From: Candidatus Nanopelagicales bacterium
GTDB taxonomy: Bacteria > Actinomycetota > Actinomycetes > S36-B12 > GCA-2699445
Direction of reading: 5' to 3'
Assembly: GCA_046330625.1 (NCBI GenBank)
Contig: JAXLSJ010000008.1
Location: 18,465-82,464 of the forward strand
Length of the DNA: 64,000 bases
The notes under the pieces were generated by a model. The model had not been told where the DNA came from, searched no databases, and saw nothing but the letters and a program-made list of their open reading frames with translations. A program made the translations under genes and the position numbers. Below, piece after piece: positions 9,305-18,494 of the stretch; the stretch's first letter is position 1, and each line of letters starts with the position of its first letter.

Positions 9305-10107
9305 CCGACCACAGCGAGCGGGCGGAGTGGTTCACCGGCCCCTGGGTCGAATCCGTCACGCGGTACCGATGGTTCCTCGAACGGGCCGCACTGCCTCCCG
9401 TGCTGATGGATCTGGGGTGTGGCAACGCCTCGGGCCTCATCGGGGCCCTGGCGTCGCTTCACCGGTGCCACGACTGGTGGCCCGAGGTGGTGGTGCTGGT
9501 CGACACCGACGCGGACTCCCTGGCCGAAGCCTGCGAGTCGATGGGCGACGTGACCCGCCGACTGGGGCGGGCCGCCCCGACCACGCGGGCCTGTGTCGCC
9601 GACCTGTCGGGGTCCTCGGTCGAGGTGGCTGCCCTGGTCGCCGATTACCGTCCCGCGGTGACCGCCTTCGAGGTGCTGGAGCACCTCGCCGACAGCACTG
9701 CCGCACTGTCCGTCCTGCGATCGGCCGGAGAGCATGCCCCCGCTGCCCTGTCGGTCCCCCACGACGCGTTCTTCCATCCGGCCAACCCCTACCACCTGAT
9801 CACCCCGTCCGAGGCGACGGTGGCGGAGTACCGGGGCTTCCTCGGCCAGTCCTGGACCGCGGAACAGCAGTACCGGGTGTCGGGCACGGCCATCGGCCGG
9901 GTCGGACCGGGAACCGGAGCGGCAACCTTCGAGATCGACCCCGGGGCCGTGCCGGTGGCCAGCCACTTCCTGCTGTCGACCGGCCTCGCCCCCGCCGCGG
10001 AGACTGCCGTGGTCGGACTCGCGGACTCCGATGACGCCGCCCGGCATGTGTGGGCCGTGCAACGCGAGATCGACCTATACCACTACCAGGGCGGCGGGCG
10101 CGCGTGA
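9301..10107 (+). CDS. Class I SAM-dependent methyltransferase
   Basis: Track ORF. Motifs VLMDLGCGNASG and AFEVLEHL. ATGA overlap with the upstream gene. Confidence 0.8.
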   Translation: MTDHSERAEWFTGPWVESVTRYRWFLERAALPPVLMDLGCGNASGLIGALASLHRCHDWWPEVVVLVDTDADSLAEACESMGDVTRRLGRAAPTTRACVADLSGSSVEVAALVADYRPAVTAFEVLEHLADSTAALSVLRSAGEHAPAALSVPHDAFFHPANPYHLITPSEATVAEYRGFLGQSWTAEQQYRVSGTAIGRVGPGTGAATFEIDPGAVPVASHFLLSTGLAPAAETAVVGLADSDDAARHVWAVQREIDLYHYQGGGRA

Positions 10108-11774
10108 AGATCGCGCTGCTGGTGCACAACCTGGGCCGGGGTGGCGGCCAGCTCGCGGTCGTGGCGCAGGCGAACGGGCTCGCCCGGTGGGGGCACTCGG
10201 TCACTGTCGTGGTCGAAGGGGAACCCCTCGACCTGGCGGACGATCTGGACCCGGACGTCCGGCTGGCCCGCCGGGGCGACATCGTCGACCACCGGGACGT
10301 GGTGCTGGCGTCGTGGTGGCGGACTGCCCTGTGGGCCTCGGAAATCCCGGCGGACGCGTACGGGCAGTACGTCCAGTCCTTGGAGGATCGATTCGCCGGA
10401 CCCGGGGAGCGGGCACTGCGACAGTGGTGCGCTCAGGTGCAGTTCGCCGGCTGGCCGGTCATCACCGAGGCCCGGTGGATTGCCGAGACCCTCGCCGTGG
10501 TGGCCCCCGGGCAGCGGTGTTTCCTGGCGCGCAACGGGATCGACCCGTCGATCTTCCCGGCGACGCCCCCGGTGCAGCGCCCCGACGGCCAGCCGCTGCG
10601 GGTGACCGTGGAAGGGTCGTCGGTCTGGTTCAAACGGACCCGGCAGGCGCTGCAGGGGGTGCTCGCCGCGACGGTGCCGATCGATCTCACGTACGTGGCG
10701 GCCTGGGGGGACTGGGTCGACGATGGGCTCGACCTGGATCGTCACCTCGGCCGGGTCCGGCGGCTCACCGACCTCACCCAGCGGCAGGTGGCGGAGGTGT
10801 TCCGGGGGACGGACGTCCTGATCAAGGTCCCGATCGTCGAAGGCATGCCGGGCCCACCGTTGGAGGCCATGCACTGCGGGGCGACCGTGATCGCCTCTTC
10901 GGTGACGGGGATCGAGGAGTACGCGGTCCACGGGTACAACTGCGCCTTGGTCGGGTTCGACGACCCGGTGGCGGTGGGGTGGTGGCTCGACCGGCTGGCC
11001 ACCGATGCGATCCTGCTCGCCCGGTTGCGCCGCGGCGCGTTCCGCACCGCCCGGGTCTGGCCCTCGTCCGCCGAGACGGCGGCAGCCTTCGACCGGGCCG
11101 TGCAGCAGGTGCGGGCGATCGGATACCGACCCGAGCCGGACAGCGGTCCACCGGCCCGCTTGGTAGGCCCCGCGCGGGTCGCAGCTCCGCCGCGGCCGTT
11201 CGACTCCGAGGCCGCGCTTCCGGAGATCACCCCGGGCCGGGGGACTCGCGCTGGGTTTCCGCGCCGACTCCTGCGCCGGTTCCCGGCGCTGCCGAAACGA
11301 CGCCGTGCCGCGGTGGTGGACGAGGAATGGCGCGGGGCCACCGGCTCACCCCATCCGCTGTTCGATCCGGACTGGTATGTGGGGCAGTCCGGACGCCTGC
11401 TGGCCGCGGATCCCTATCGGCACTACCTCGGCGTGGGTTTCCGCGCGGGGCTGTCCCCCCATCCCCTGATCGATGCCGAGTGGTACTGGCGCGAATACCC
11501 CGACGTCGCCGCCCACGGGGTCGAACCGATCACCCACTTCTCCCAGTACGGGGTCGCCGAGGGGCGACGGTTCTCCGGATGGCTTGACGCGGAGTTCGTG
11601 CGGCGGAACCATCCGCGGCTCTCCGACCCGGCCGAACTCCTGCGATTCGTGATGTCCGAACTGGTGCCCGAACGACGGCGGACGGCGCCGGGTCAATCCG
11701 CGGTGCTGGACATCCGCGACGGCCGGCGGATGCTCGCCGGGCTCAGCCGCCCGACTTCAGCGCCGTCAGGTTGA
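10104..11774 (+). CDS. Glycosyltransferase family 4 (GT-B fold) with C-terminal repeat extension
   Basis: Track ORF 10050..11774. GTG 10104 (VKIALLVHNLGRGGGQ) overlaps the methyltransferase stop (GTGA). It carries EGMPGPPLEAMHCGATVIAS. The C-terminus holds tandem HPLFDPDWY / HPLIDAEWY ... HY/HF ... G ... EGRR type repeats. Confidence 0.8.
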   Translation: MKIALLVHNLGRGGGQLAVVAQANGLARWGHSVTVVVEGEPLDLADDLDPDVRLARRGDIVDHRDVVLASWWRTALWASEIPADAYGQYVQSLEDRFAGPGERALRQWCAQVQFAGWPVITEARWIAETLAVVAPGQRCFLARNGIDPSIFPATPPVQRPDGQPLRVTVEGSSVWFKRTRQALQGVLAATVPIDLTYVAAWGDWVDDGLDLDRHLGRVRRLTDLTQRQVAEVFRGTDVLIKVPIVEGMPGPPLEAMHCGATVIASSVTGIEEYAVHGYNCALVGFDDPVAVGWWLDRLATDAILLARLRRGAFRTARVWPSSAETAAAFDRAVQQVRAIGYRPEPDSGPPARLVGPARVAAPPRPFDSEAALPEITPGRGTRAGFPRRLLRRFPALPKRRRAAVVDEEWRGATGSPHPLFDPDWYVGQSGRLLAADPYRHYLGVGFRAGLSPHPLIDAEWYWREYPDVAAHGVEPITHFSQYGVAEGRRFSGWLDAEFVRRNHPRLSDPAELLRFVMSELVPERRRTAPGQSAVLDIRDGRRMLAGLSRPTSAPSG

Positions 11775-12195
11775 CCGCGACCTGGCCGTCCTGCACGAGC
11801 ACGGTGGCCTGCACCCGCATGTCGCCCTTGGTCCAACTGCTCACGCCGCCGTCGGGACCCCCGCCGAAGGTGCTGTCCGGGGTGAACCCGTTGCTCTCGA
11901 GGGCCTTGGTGATCTCGTCGTAGACCTTGCCGGCGTCCCCGGAGCCCTGATAGGTGGCGCTCCAGGTGGGCCCGTCGGCGCCGTCGAGTCGGATCGCGTT
12001 GACCAGCGCGAGGCCCTGCGGTCGGGGGACGTCGGACGGCCAGTCGGCAGGCAGGGTGGCCGTGCCGTCGGGGGTCGGGGCGTCGGCGGTCAGGGTTGCC
12101 TCGGGAACCGGCAGGGTCGTGGGTTCGGAGCCGCCGCAGCCGGCGAGTCCCAGGGCGGCGACACCGACCACAGCGGCGACGGATGCACGGCGCAT
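11743..12195 (-). CDS. Lipoprotein, function unknown
   Basis: Track ORF 11743..12381. ATG 12195 follows ggaaggag. Signal peptide plus lipobox MRRASVAAVVGVAALGLAGCGG. Confidence 0.75.
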   Translation of the reverse strand: MRRASVAAVVGVAALGLAGCGGSEPTTLPVPEATLTADAPTPDGTATLPADWPSDVPRPQGLALVNAIRLDGADGPTWSATYQGSGDAGKVYDEITKALESNGFTPDSTFGGGPDGGVSSWTKGDMRVQATVLVQDGQVAVNLTALKSGG

Positions 12196-12274
12196 CGGAA
12201 CTCCTTCCGGTCGATTCCGAGCCTGCCGCACGCCGCCGCCGCTGTCAGGTCGATCGCGCCACTGTGGGCATCCG

Positions 12275-12667
12275 TCAGCTGGCCCCGGACGGCGAGTCGC
12301 ACTTCGTGACCTGCTTCCGGTTGGTCCCGGTGCATACCTCGAAATAGGTGGGCGACGAGCCGCCGGCCTGGACCTCGGCATACCGCCCGTTGAGTTTGGC
12401 GAAGACGGAGGATTCCGTCTTCGTCGTGGTAGGGCCGGTCACGGTGTACCCGGCGGATCGCAGCTGCTTGGCGTAGAACCGGGTCACAGTGGAACGCGAC
12501 TGGGAGGTTCGGTAGCGGGCATAGGCCACACCGGGGCCGGTCGCCTTCTGGACGCGGACGGCGCCGGGGGGCGGGGTGAGTCCTGCGGCGAGGGCGGGAG
12601 CGACGCCGGTGGCGGCGATCGCTGCGGCCGTGGTGCCGATCCCGACGCGGGTGACGAGTGATGTCAT
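12275..12667 (-). CDS. Secreted protein, function unknown
   Basis: Track ORF 12275..12724. ATG 12667 follows aggagg. Signal-like N-terminus MTSLVTRVGIGTTAAAIAATGVAPALAAG. Confidence 0.7.
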   Translation of the reverse strand: MTSLVTRVGIGTTAAAIAATGVAPALAAGLTPPPGAVRVQKATGPGVAYARYRTSQSRSTVTRFYAKQLRSAGYTVTGPTTTKTESSVFAKLNGRYAEVQAGGSSPTYFEVCTGTNRKQVTKCDSPSGAS

Positions 12668-12820
12668 GGTTCCTCCTGGGTTGGTGACCCATCGAGGGGA
12701 GCACCCGGGCACGGCATCCGCCAAGCCGTTCAGGCGGTCTTGGGGGTGCCTTGAACCGGGCTTGATGCCCGAGCGCCCCGACCCCCCAATCCGCCGTGGT
12801 TCGGGGACGCCTCGACAGCC

Positions 12821-13183
12821 TCAGCAGCGCGGAAAGGTGGACCGACGTCGTGCGCAGGGCCCGGGCTCCGGGGTCCGCATCACCTCGCGGAGCCAGTGGC
12901 GGTAGTGGCTGACCTTGGAGTAGATGCCCGGATAGGGGTCCCAGGCGCACCCGGCGCCCCAACTGACCACACCCACCAGGACACGATGTCCCGCCAGGGT
13001 CCGGACGAGCGGGCCGCCGCTGTCTGCTGTGCACGTGTCGCGCGGCACCGGGGTCAGTCGCGATGCACACAGCTGGCGACGCGGGTATGTCGCCCTGTCG
13101 GTGGGGGCATAGATCTCCCGGCACGACGCCATGTCATGGGCGAGGAGTCCGACCTGGCGCAGGGTCGTGGAGTTGTCCCGGGC
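12821..13183 (-). pseudogene. Remnant (C-terminal ~120 codons) of a trypsin-like S1 serine protease
   Basis: The frame of ORF 12821..13132 shows the catalytic-Ser region DTCTADSGGPLV, then GVVSWGAGCA and PGIYSKVSHYRHWL. Homology-like sequence (ARDNSTTLRQVGLLAHDMASCREIY) extends upstream to the TGA that is the DedA stop (13186-13184). The His/Asp half is absent. Confidence 0.75.
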
Positions 13184-13834
13184 TCAGCCTTCGACGGGCG
13201 GTGCGGACCGTCTGCTGCGGACGATCTCGATCGCGATCGGGATCGCCGACAGGAAGACCACCGAGAGCAGGATGATCTCGAGGTTGTTCTGGACGATCGG
13301 GAAACCGCCGAGGAAGTAGCCCGCCAGCATCACGCCCCCGGCCCAGATGACCCCGCCGATGGTGCTGTAGGTGACGTACTTGCGGTAGTCCATCTGTCCC
13401 ACGCCGGCGATGGCCGTGATGAACGTGCGCACGATGGGGACGAACCGGGCCAGGATGATGGCCCGCGGCCCGTACTGCTCGAAGAACGCGTGGGTCTTGT
13501 CGACGTACTCCTTGCGGAAGAACCGGGAGTCGGGCTTGTCGAAGAGCGGTGGGCCGGCCTTGGCGCCGATCCAGTATCCGACCAGGTTCCCGGCCACGGC
13601 GGCCACGATCATGATGAGGGTGGCGACCCAGATGTTCATCGTGATCGATCCCTGGGCGATGAGCAGCCCGACCACGAAGATGAGGCTGTCCCCGGGCAGG
13701 AAGAAGCCGATGAGCAGACCGCATTCCGCGAAGATGATCAGTACCGCGCCCCAGAAGGCGTAAGGACCGAGGTTGGTCAGCAGCGTCTCGGCATTGAGCC
13801 AGTCCGGCAGCAGGGCGGGGGCTTGGGTGAGCAC
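13184..13834 (-). CDS. DedA family (VTT domain) membrane protein
   Basis: Track ORF. Motifs GFFLPGDSLIFVVG and ARFVPIVRTF, with multiple TM segments. Confidence 0.9.
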   Translation of the reverse strand: MLTQAPALLPDWLNAETLLTNLGPYAFWGAVLIIFAECGLLIGFFLPGDSLIFVVGLLIAQGSITMNIWVATLIMIVAAVAGNLVGYWIGAKAGPPLFDKPDSRFFRKEYVDKTHAFFEQYGPRAIILARFVPIVRTFITAIAGVGQMDYRKYVTYSTIGGVIWAGGVMLAGYFLGGFPIVQNNLEIILLSVVFLSAIPIAIEIVRSRRSAPPVEG

Positions 13835-13959
13835 GGGTGAAGCCTAACCGCGCCGCCGCGGCGCAAACGTGGCCTGCGACACGGGGCGGCGTGGGGCGGC
13901 GCCTCCGGCCGAGGCTTAGCCCGTCCCCCTACGGTGAGGGCACCAGGAAGGGAGCGCGA

Positions 13960-15126
13960 GTGTCCGAGACCGATGTCGACGTGGCCGATGCCCCGCCCCC
14001 CGCGCCGCCGGTCCGACGTCAGGTCACCTTCGTGCCCGGCAACGTCTGGCGGGTCGGCCTTGTCGCGATCGCGCTGCTCGCCTTGGCGCTGTTCCTCCGA
14101 TTCGTGATCGACGACGGCGGCTCGGTGATCTTCACCGTTCTCATGAGTTGGTTCGCCTCGATCGCGATGGCTCCCGCCGTCGACCGGCTGTCGCGGCACA
14201 TGCGTCGGGGCGTCGCGACACTCCTCGTGATGCTCGCGTTCGTGATCGCTGCGGTGATCTTCATCGTGTCGTTCGGGAGTCTGTTCGTCGACCAGGTGGC
14301 CCAGATCGTCGCCTCGCTTCCGAAACTGGTCGAGGGCGCGATCGAGTGGGTCAACCAGCGCTTCAACCAGAACATCGACATCGAGCAGATCAAACAGGCG
14401 CTCAACCTCGACGCCGACAAGGCGCAGGCGCTGGCGACGCAGATCGGCTCGCAGGCGCTCAGCATCCTCGGGTCGGTGCTGGGGTCGGTGTTCGGGCTGT
14501 TCACGTTCGGCCTGTTCACCTTCTACCTTTCGGCCGACGGTCCCCGGCTGCGCCGATGGTTGGCCGCGCTGTTCCCCGAACGTGGCCAGGCGCTGTTCTT
14601 CAACGTGTGGGACATCACGGCACGCAAGACCGGTGGGTACATCGGCGCCCGCGTGATCCTGGCCTTCATCAACAGCTTCACGACGGGCATCGTGTTCTTC
14701 TTCATCGGCATGCCGTACTGGCTGGCGTTGGCGATCTGGACCGGTGTCGTGGCGCAGTTCGTGCCCACGATCGGCACCTACATCGCGATCATCCTGCCGG
14801 TGATCGTGGGGCTGCTCTCGCCGACCCCGTGGATCGGCGTCGCCGCCCTGGTGTGGGCGCTCGTGTACCAGCAGGTCGAGAACCTGACGATCGAACCGCG
14901 GATCAGTGCCCGGGCGGTCGACGTGCATCCGGCGGTCGCCTTCGGTTCGGTGATGTTGGGCGCGGCCCTGTTCGGGGTGGCCGGCGCCTTCCTGGCGATC
15001 CCGGTGGTGGCGATGATGTTCGCGCTGCTCGATATCTATGCCCAGCGGCACGAGATTGTCGGCGACGTGTCGGAGGATTCGGGCGGCGGCAGCCTGGAAC
15101 CCGAGCCCGACCCGACCCCTGCGTGA
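13960..15126 (+). CDS. AI-2E family transporter (PerM-like)
   Basis: Track ORF 13837..15126. GTG 13960 follows aggaagggag. It is a polytopic membrane protein with YQQVENLTIEPRI and a typical AI-2E C-terminal region. Confidence 0.85.
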   Translation: MSETDVDVADAPPPAPPVRRQVTFVPGNVWRVGLVAIALLALALFLRFVIDDGGSVIFTVLMSWFASIAMAPAVDRLSRHMRRGVATLLVMLAFVIAAVIFIVSFGSLFVDQVAQIVASLPKLVEGAIEWVNQRFNQNIDIEQIKQALNLDADKAQALATQIGSQALSILGSVLGSVFGLFTFGLFTFYLSADGPRLRRWLAALFPERGQALFFNVWDITARKTGGYIGARVILAFINSFTTGIVFFFIGMPYWLALAIWTGVVAQFVPTIGTYIAIILPVIVGLLSPTPWIGVAALVWALVYQQVENLTIEPRISARAVDVHPAVAFGSVMLGAALFGVAGAFLAIPVVAMMFALLDIYAQRHEIVGDVSEDSGGGSLEPEPDPTPA

Positions 15127-15734
15127 GCGTCCCGACCGGACCCGTGGGGCCGTATCCGCAGCCCTGGCCCGACGACCCGCGACTCGACCCGGTCCTGCTC
15201 GCCGAGGGCGACTCGCGCAATGTGGCCGACCAGTACCGCTACTGGACCGTCGAGGCGATCGTGGCCGACCTCGACACCCGCCGGTCCGGGTTCCACGTGG
15301 CGATCGAGAACCTGGCGCACGACTTCAACATCGGGTCGATCGTGCGGACGGCCAATGCCTTCCAGGCCGCGGCTGTCCACGTGGTCGGGCGCCGCCGCTG
15401 GAACCGCCGGGGGGCGATGGTCACCGATCGGTACCTGCACGTGCAGCATCACCCCGACCCGGCCGGCCTAGCGACCTTCGCCGCGGATGCTGATCTACCG
15501 ATCATCGGGCTGGACAACGTGCCGGACTCGCAACCGCTCGAGCGGTATGAACTCCCCGAACGGTGCGTGCTGTTCTTCGGCAGCGAGTCCGACGGGCTCA
15601 GTGCCGACGCCCAGGCGGTGTGTGCGGCCACCGTGGCGATCACCCAATACGGCTCGACCCGCTCGCTGAACGTCGGCGCGGCGGCAGCGATCGCGATGTA
15701 CTCCTGGATGCTCCAGCACCGCACCGGGCCATAG
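15123..15734 (+). CDS. TrmH/SpoU family RNA methyltransferase
   Basis: This is the tail of track ORF 14148..15734. GTG 15123 overlaps the upstream stop (GTGA). Motifs ENLAHDFNIGSIVRTANAF, LFFGSESDGLS and SLNVGAAAAIAMY. Confidence 0.85.
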   Translation: MSVPTGPVGPYPQPWPDDPRLDPVLLAEGDSRNVADQYRYWTVEAIVADLDTRRSGFHVAIENLAHDFNIGSIVRTANAFQAAAVHVVGRRRWNRRGAMVTDRYLHVQHHPDPAGLATFAADADLPIIGLDNVPDSQPLERYELPERCVLFFGSESDGLSADAQAVCAATVAITQYGSTRSLNVGAAAAIAMYSWMLQHRTGP

Positions 15735-15821
15735 TGACCGCAAACCTCGCGCGAGGGCACAGACCTCGGCACTGTGCGGCCTCCTGTGCCCGAGGTGTGA
15801 GCGCTCGCGCGAGGTTTGCGG

Positions 15822-17177
15822 TCAGCGGGCCAGCGACGAGGCCAGGGCGCGGGCGGCGACCTGGACGGGGTCCCAGACTCCCGAGAACGGTGGGGAGTAG
15901 GCCAGGTCCAGACCCACGATCTGCTCGGCGGTCATACCGTTCCAGATCGCCGTGGCCGCGGTGTCGATCCGCTTCCCGGCCCCGGCGCCCCCCACGATCT
16001 GCGTGCCCACCACCCGGCCGTCCGCGCGGTCGGCGATGATCTTCACCGCCATCGGGCAGGCGTCGGGCATGTAGCCCGTGGCGGTGGTGGTCTGGATGAG
16101 TCGCGACACGGGGTCGGCGACCTCGGACTCCGACAGGCCGGTGCGGGCGATCTCCGTCGCGCAGAACTTGGTGATCACAGTGCCCACGACACCCGGGAAC
16201 CGCGCATCGCCCCCGGCGATGTTGAGTCCGATCACCCGGCCGTGCTTGTTGGCATGGGTGCCCATCGGCAGGAACCGGCGCTGTCCGGTGAGCCGGTCGA
16301 TCACCTCGACGCAGTCCCCTCCGGACCAGATCCGCTCGTGTCCCAGGACCTGCTGGCGGTCGTCGGTGAGGATCCCTCCGAACTCCCCGATCGGCAGGCC
16401 CGCGGCCCGCGCGAGTTCGCTGCGAGGGGTCACCCCCAGACCCACGAAGACGATGTCCGCGGGAATCTCGCGATGATCCGTCACCACTGCGCGGACACCC
16501 CCGTCCTCGCCCGCGAGGATCTCGCGCACGGCCTCGTCGGTGTGGACGGCGACGCCGCCCGCCGTGAGCGCCTGACGCACGAGGGCACCCATCTCGGGGT
16601 CCATCGACCCCAGCGGGTGCGGCGCCCGCTCGACGACGACCGTGGCCAACCCCCGGGTGACGCAGGCCTCGGCCATCTCCACGCCGATGTAGCCGGCGCC
16701 CAGGACCACGGCGTGACGGGGCGCCCGCGCCAGGGTGTCGATCGCCGCCTGCGCCTCGTCGAGGGTCTGCACGTGGTGCACCCCGGGCAGGTCCAGGCCG
16801 GGGATGGGCGGGGCCAGCGGATGTGCGCCGGTCCCGATGACGAGGTGGTCGAACGGAAAATGCTGCACCTGCCCGCCACTCATCGGCACCGCCGACACGA
16901 CACGATCAGCCGGATCGATGGCCGTCGCCCGTAGGCCGGTGCGCACGTCGATCCCCCGCTCGCGGTGCTCCTGGGGCGACCGGGCCACCAGCGCGTCGGG
17001 TCCGTCGACCTCGCCGGCGATCCAGTAGGGGATCCCGCACGCCGAGTACGACGTCCACGACTGTTGCTCGAGGACAGTGACGGCCACGTCGGCACCCAGC
17101 GAGCGCGTCACCTGGCCGGCCGCCGACATGCCGGCAGCGTCGCCCCCGATCACGAGCACCTGGAGGGCGTGGGTCAT
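15822..17177 (-). CDS. FAD-dependent pyridine nucleotide-disulfide oxidoreductase (NADH oxidase / CoA-disulfide reductase family)
   Basis: Track ORF 15822..17627. ATG 17177 (MTHALQVLVIGGDAAGMSAA) overlaps the LtrA stop (ATGA). It has the single redox Cys motif SYSACGIPYW and a second Rossmann fold AVVLGAGYIGVEMAE. Confidence 0.88.
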   Translation of the reverse strand: MTHALQVLVIGGDAAGMSAAGQVTRSLGADVAVTVLEQQSWTSYSACGIPYWIAGEVDGPDALVARSPQEHRERGIDVRTGLRATAIDPADRVVSAVPMSGGQVQHFPFDHLVIGTGAHPLAPPIPGLDLPGVHHVQTLDEAQAAIDTLARAPRHAVVLGAGYIGVEMAEACVTRGLATVVVERAPHPLGSMDPEMGALVRQALTAGGVAVHTDEAVREILAGEDGGVRAVVTDHREIPADIVFVGLGVTPRSELARAAGLPIGEFGGILTDDRQQVLGHERIWSGGDCVEVIDRLTGQRRFLPMGTHANKHGRVIGLNIAGGDARFPGVVGTVITKFCATEIARTGLSESEVADPVSRLIQTTTATGYMPDACPMAVKIIADRADGRVVGTQIVGGAGAGKRIDTAATAIWNGMTAEQIVGLDLAYSPPFSGVWDPVQVAARALASSLAR

Positions 17178-18343
17178 GTCAGGACCTCCGCAGTGGCCTC
17201 GGTCGAAGGGTCCGGATCGTCGGCCGGCACTCGCATCGGCCCGAGGCCCCGGATCGTGGCGAGCAGGACGATGCTCAGCAGCAGCGCCGTGCCGGCGAGG
17301 TCGAACTCCAACCCGCGGCCGGCGTAGTTGAGCAGGACGACACCGACCACGGCGACGCAACCTCCGATCAGCACCCAGGGTCCACGTCGGGCGAACGGCC
17401 CGCGGCCGATGCGCAGCAGGACCGCGAGGCACAGGAGTACGGCAACCAGCGGCACCGCGATCAACCCGTACCCCGATCCCTGGTAGGTCTCGTTCTCCGG
17501 AAGCAGCAGTTTCGACAGGCCCACCGCCAGCGCGATGGTGAACAGGTGCAGGGGGAGGTGCATCAGCATCCAGGTCCGCTGGCGTGTGGCCATCCCCGCG
17601 GGGGACACGTAGGCGAAGTAGATCCACCAGATGGCCGTGATCACGGCGAACACCAGGGGCAGGGCGTACAGGTCCAGATCCTCCATCGGCTCCTCGCCCG
17701 CCACGAGGGCGAGCTTCAGGAAACTCTCGCCCAGGACGATGATCGTGAACTCACCGAACCGGTGCGTCACCCGGTGGGCGACCTCAGCGTTCCAGACGAC
17801 GTTCCTCCGCAGAGTGCTCAGCACGAGCAGGAGCGCCCCGATCCACAGCACCACCGAGTACTGGGGGGAGGTCACGAACCGGGTCATCATGAACACGGCG
17901 ATCGCGGCCACGAGTCGCCAGGTCTCGGACCGGGTCATTCGGGCGGGATCACCGGGAGTGGTGACCGCGCGGTTCAGCAGCATCCCGGTGGCCAGGACCA
18001 GGCCGAAGAAGAACCCGACCGGCTCGGACACCTCGTCGGTCACGTCCTGCAGGAATTCGTCGGCGGTGATCGCCATGAGGAGCACCAGTGCCATCTGCAC
18101 GACGATCAGCACCCGGGGCAGGACCCCGGAGATCTCGGATCCCTGGAGCCGCAGGGTGGTCATGAGCCAAGTGGTCCAGATCAGGGCGAAGACCAGCATC
18201 AACCAGGCGGCCTGCCCGGCGCTGTAGTCGCGGGAGTAGCTCGCGGACACCACCACGATCGCCGCCACGAACGCGAGGTCGAAGAACAACTCGAGCCACG
18301 ACTGTGCCGGCGCGGGGAAGACCGGGCGCATGCGTGTGGTCAC
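17174..18343 (-). CDS. Low temperature requirement protein A (LtrA) family membrane protein
   Basis: Track ORF. N-terminal WLELFFDLAFVAAI motif and a polytopic membrane profile. Confidence 0.85.
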   Translation of the reverse strand: MTTRMRPVFPAPAQSWLELFFDLAFVAAIVVVSASYSRDYSAGQAAWLMLVFALIWTTWLMTTLRLQGSEISGVLPRVLIVVQMALVLLMAITADEFLQDVTDEVSEPVGFFFGLVLATGMLLNRAVTTPGDPARMTRSETWRLVAAIAVFMMTRFVTSPQYSVVLWIGALLLVLSTLRRNVVWNAEVAHRVTHRFGEFTIIVLGESFLKLALVAGEEPMEDLDLYALPLVFAVITAIWWIYFAYVSPAGMATRQRTWMLMHLPLHLFTIALAVGLSKLLLPENETYQGSGYGLIAVPLVAVLLCLAVLLRIGRGPFARRGPWVLIGGCVAVVGVVLLNYAGRGLEFDLAGTALLLSIVLLATIRGLGPMRVPADDPDPSTEATAEVLT

Positions 18344-18494
18344 GCGAGGGAGCCTAAGCCCGGATCCACCGTCTCATCCGGCACTGGGCGACACTCGCGA
18401 CCCTGAGCACGTCGAGGGGCTGCGCTCTCGGATCACATCAGCGTTCCGGTTCTGACAGGATGCCGACGAGGACCCCGTCACGAAGGAGACAACG

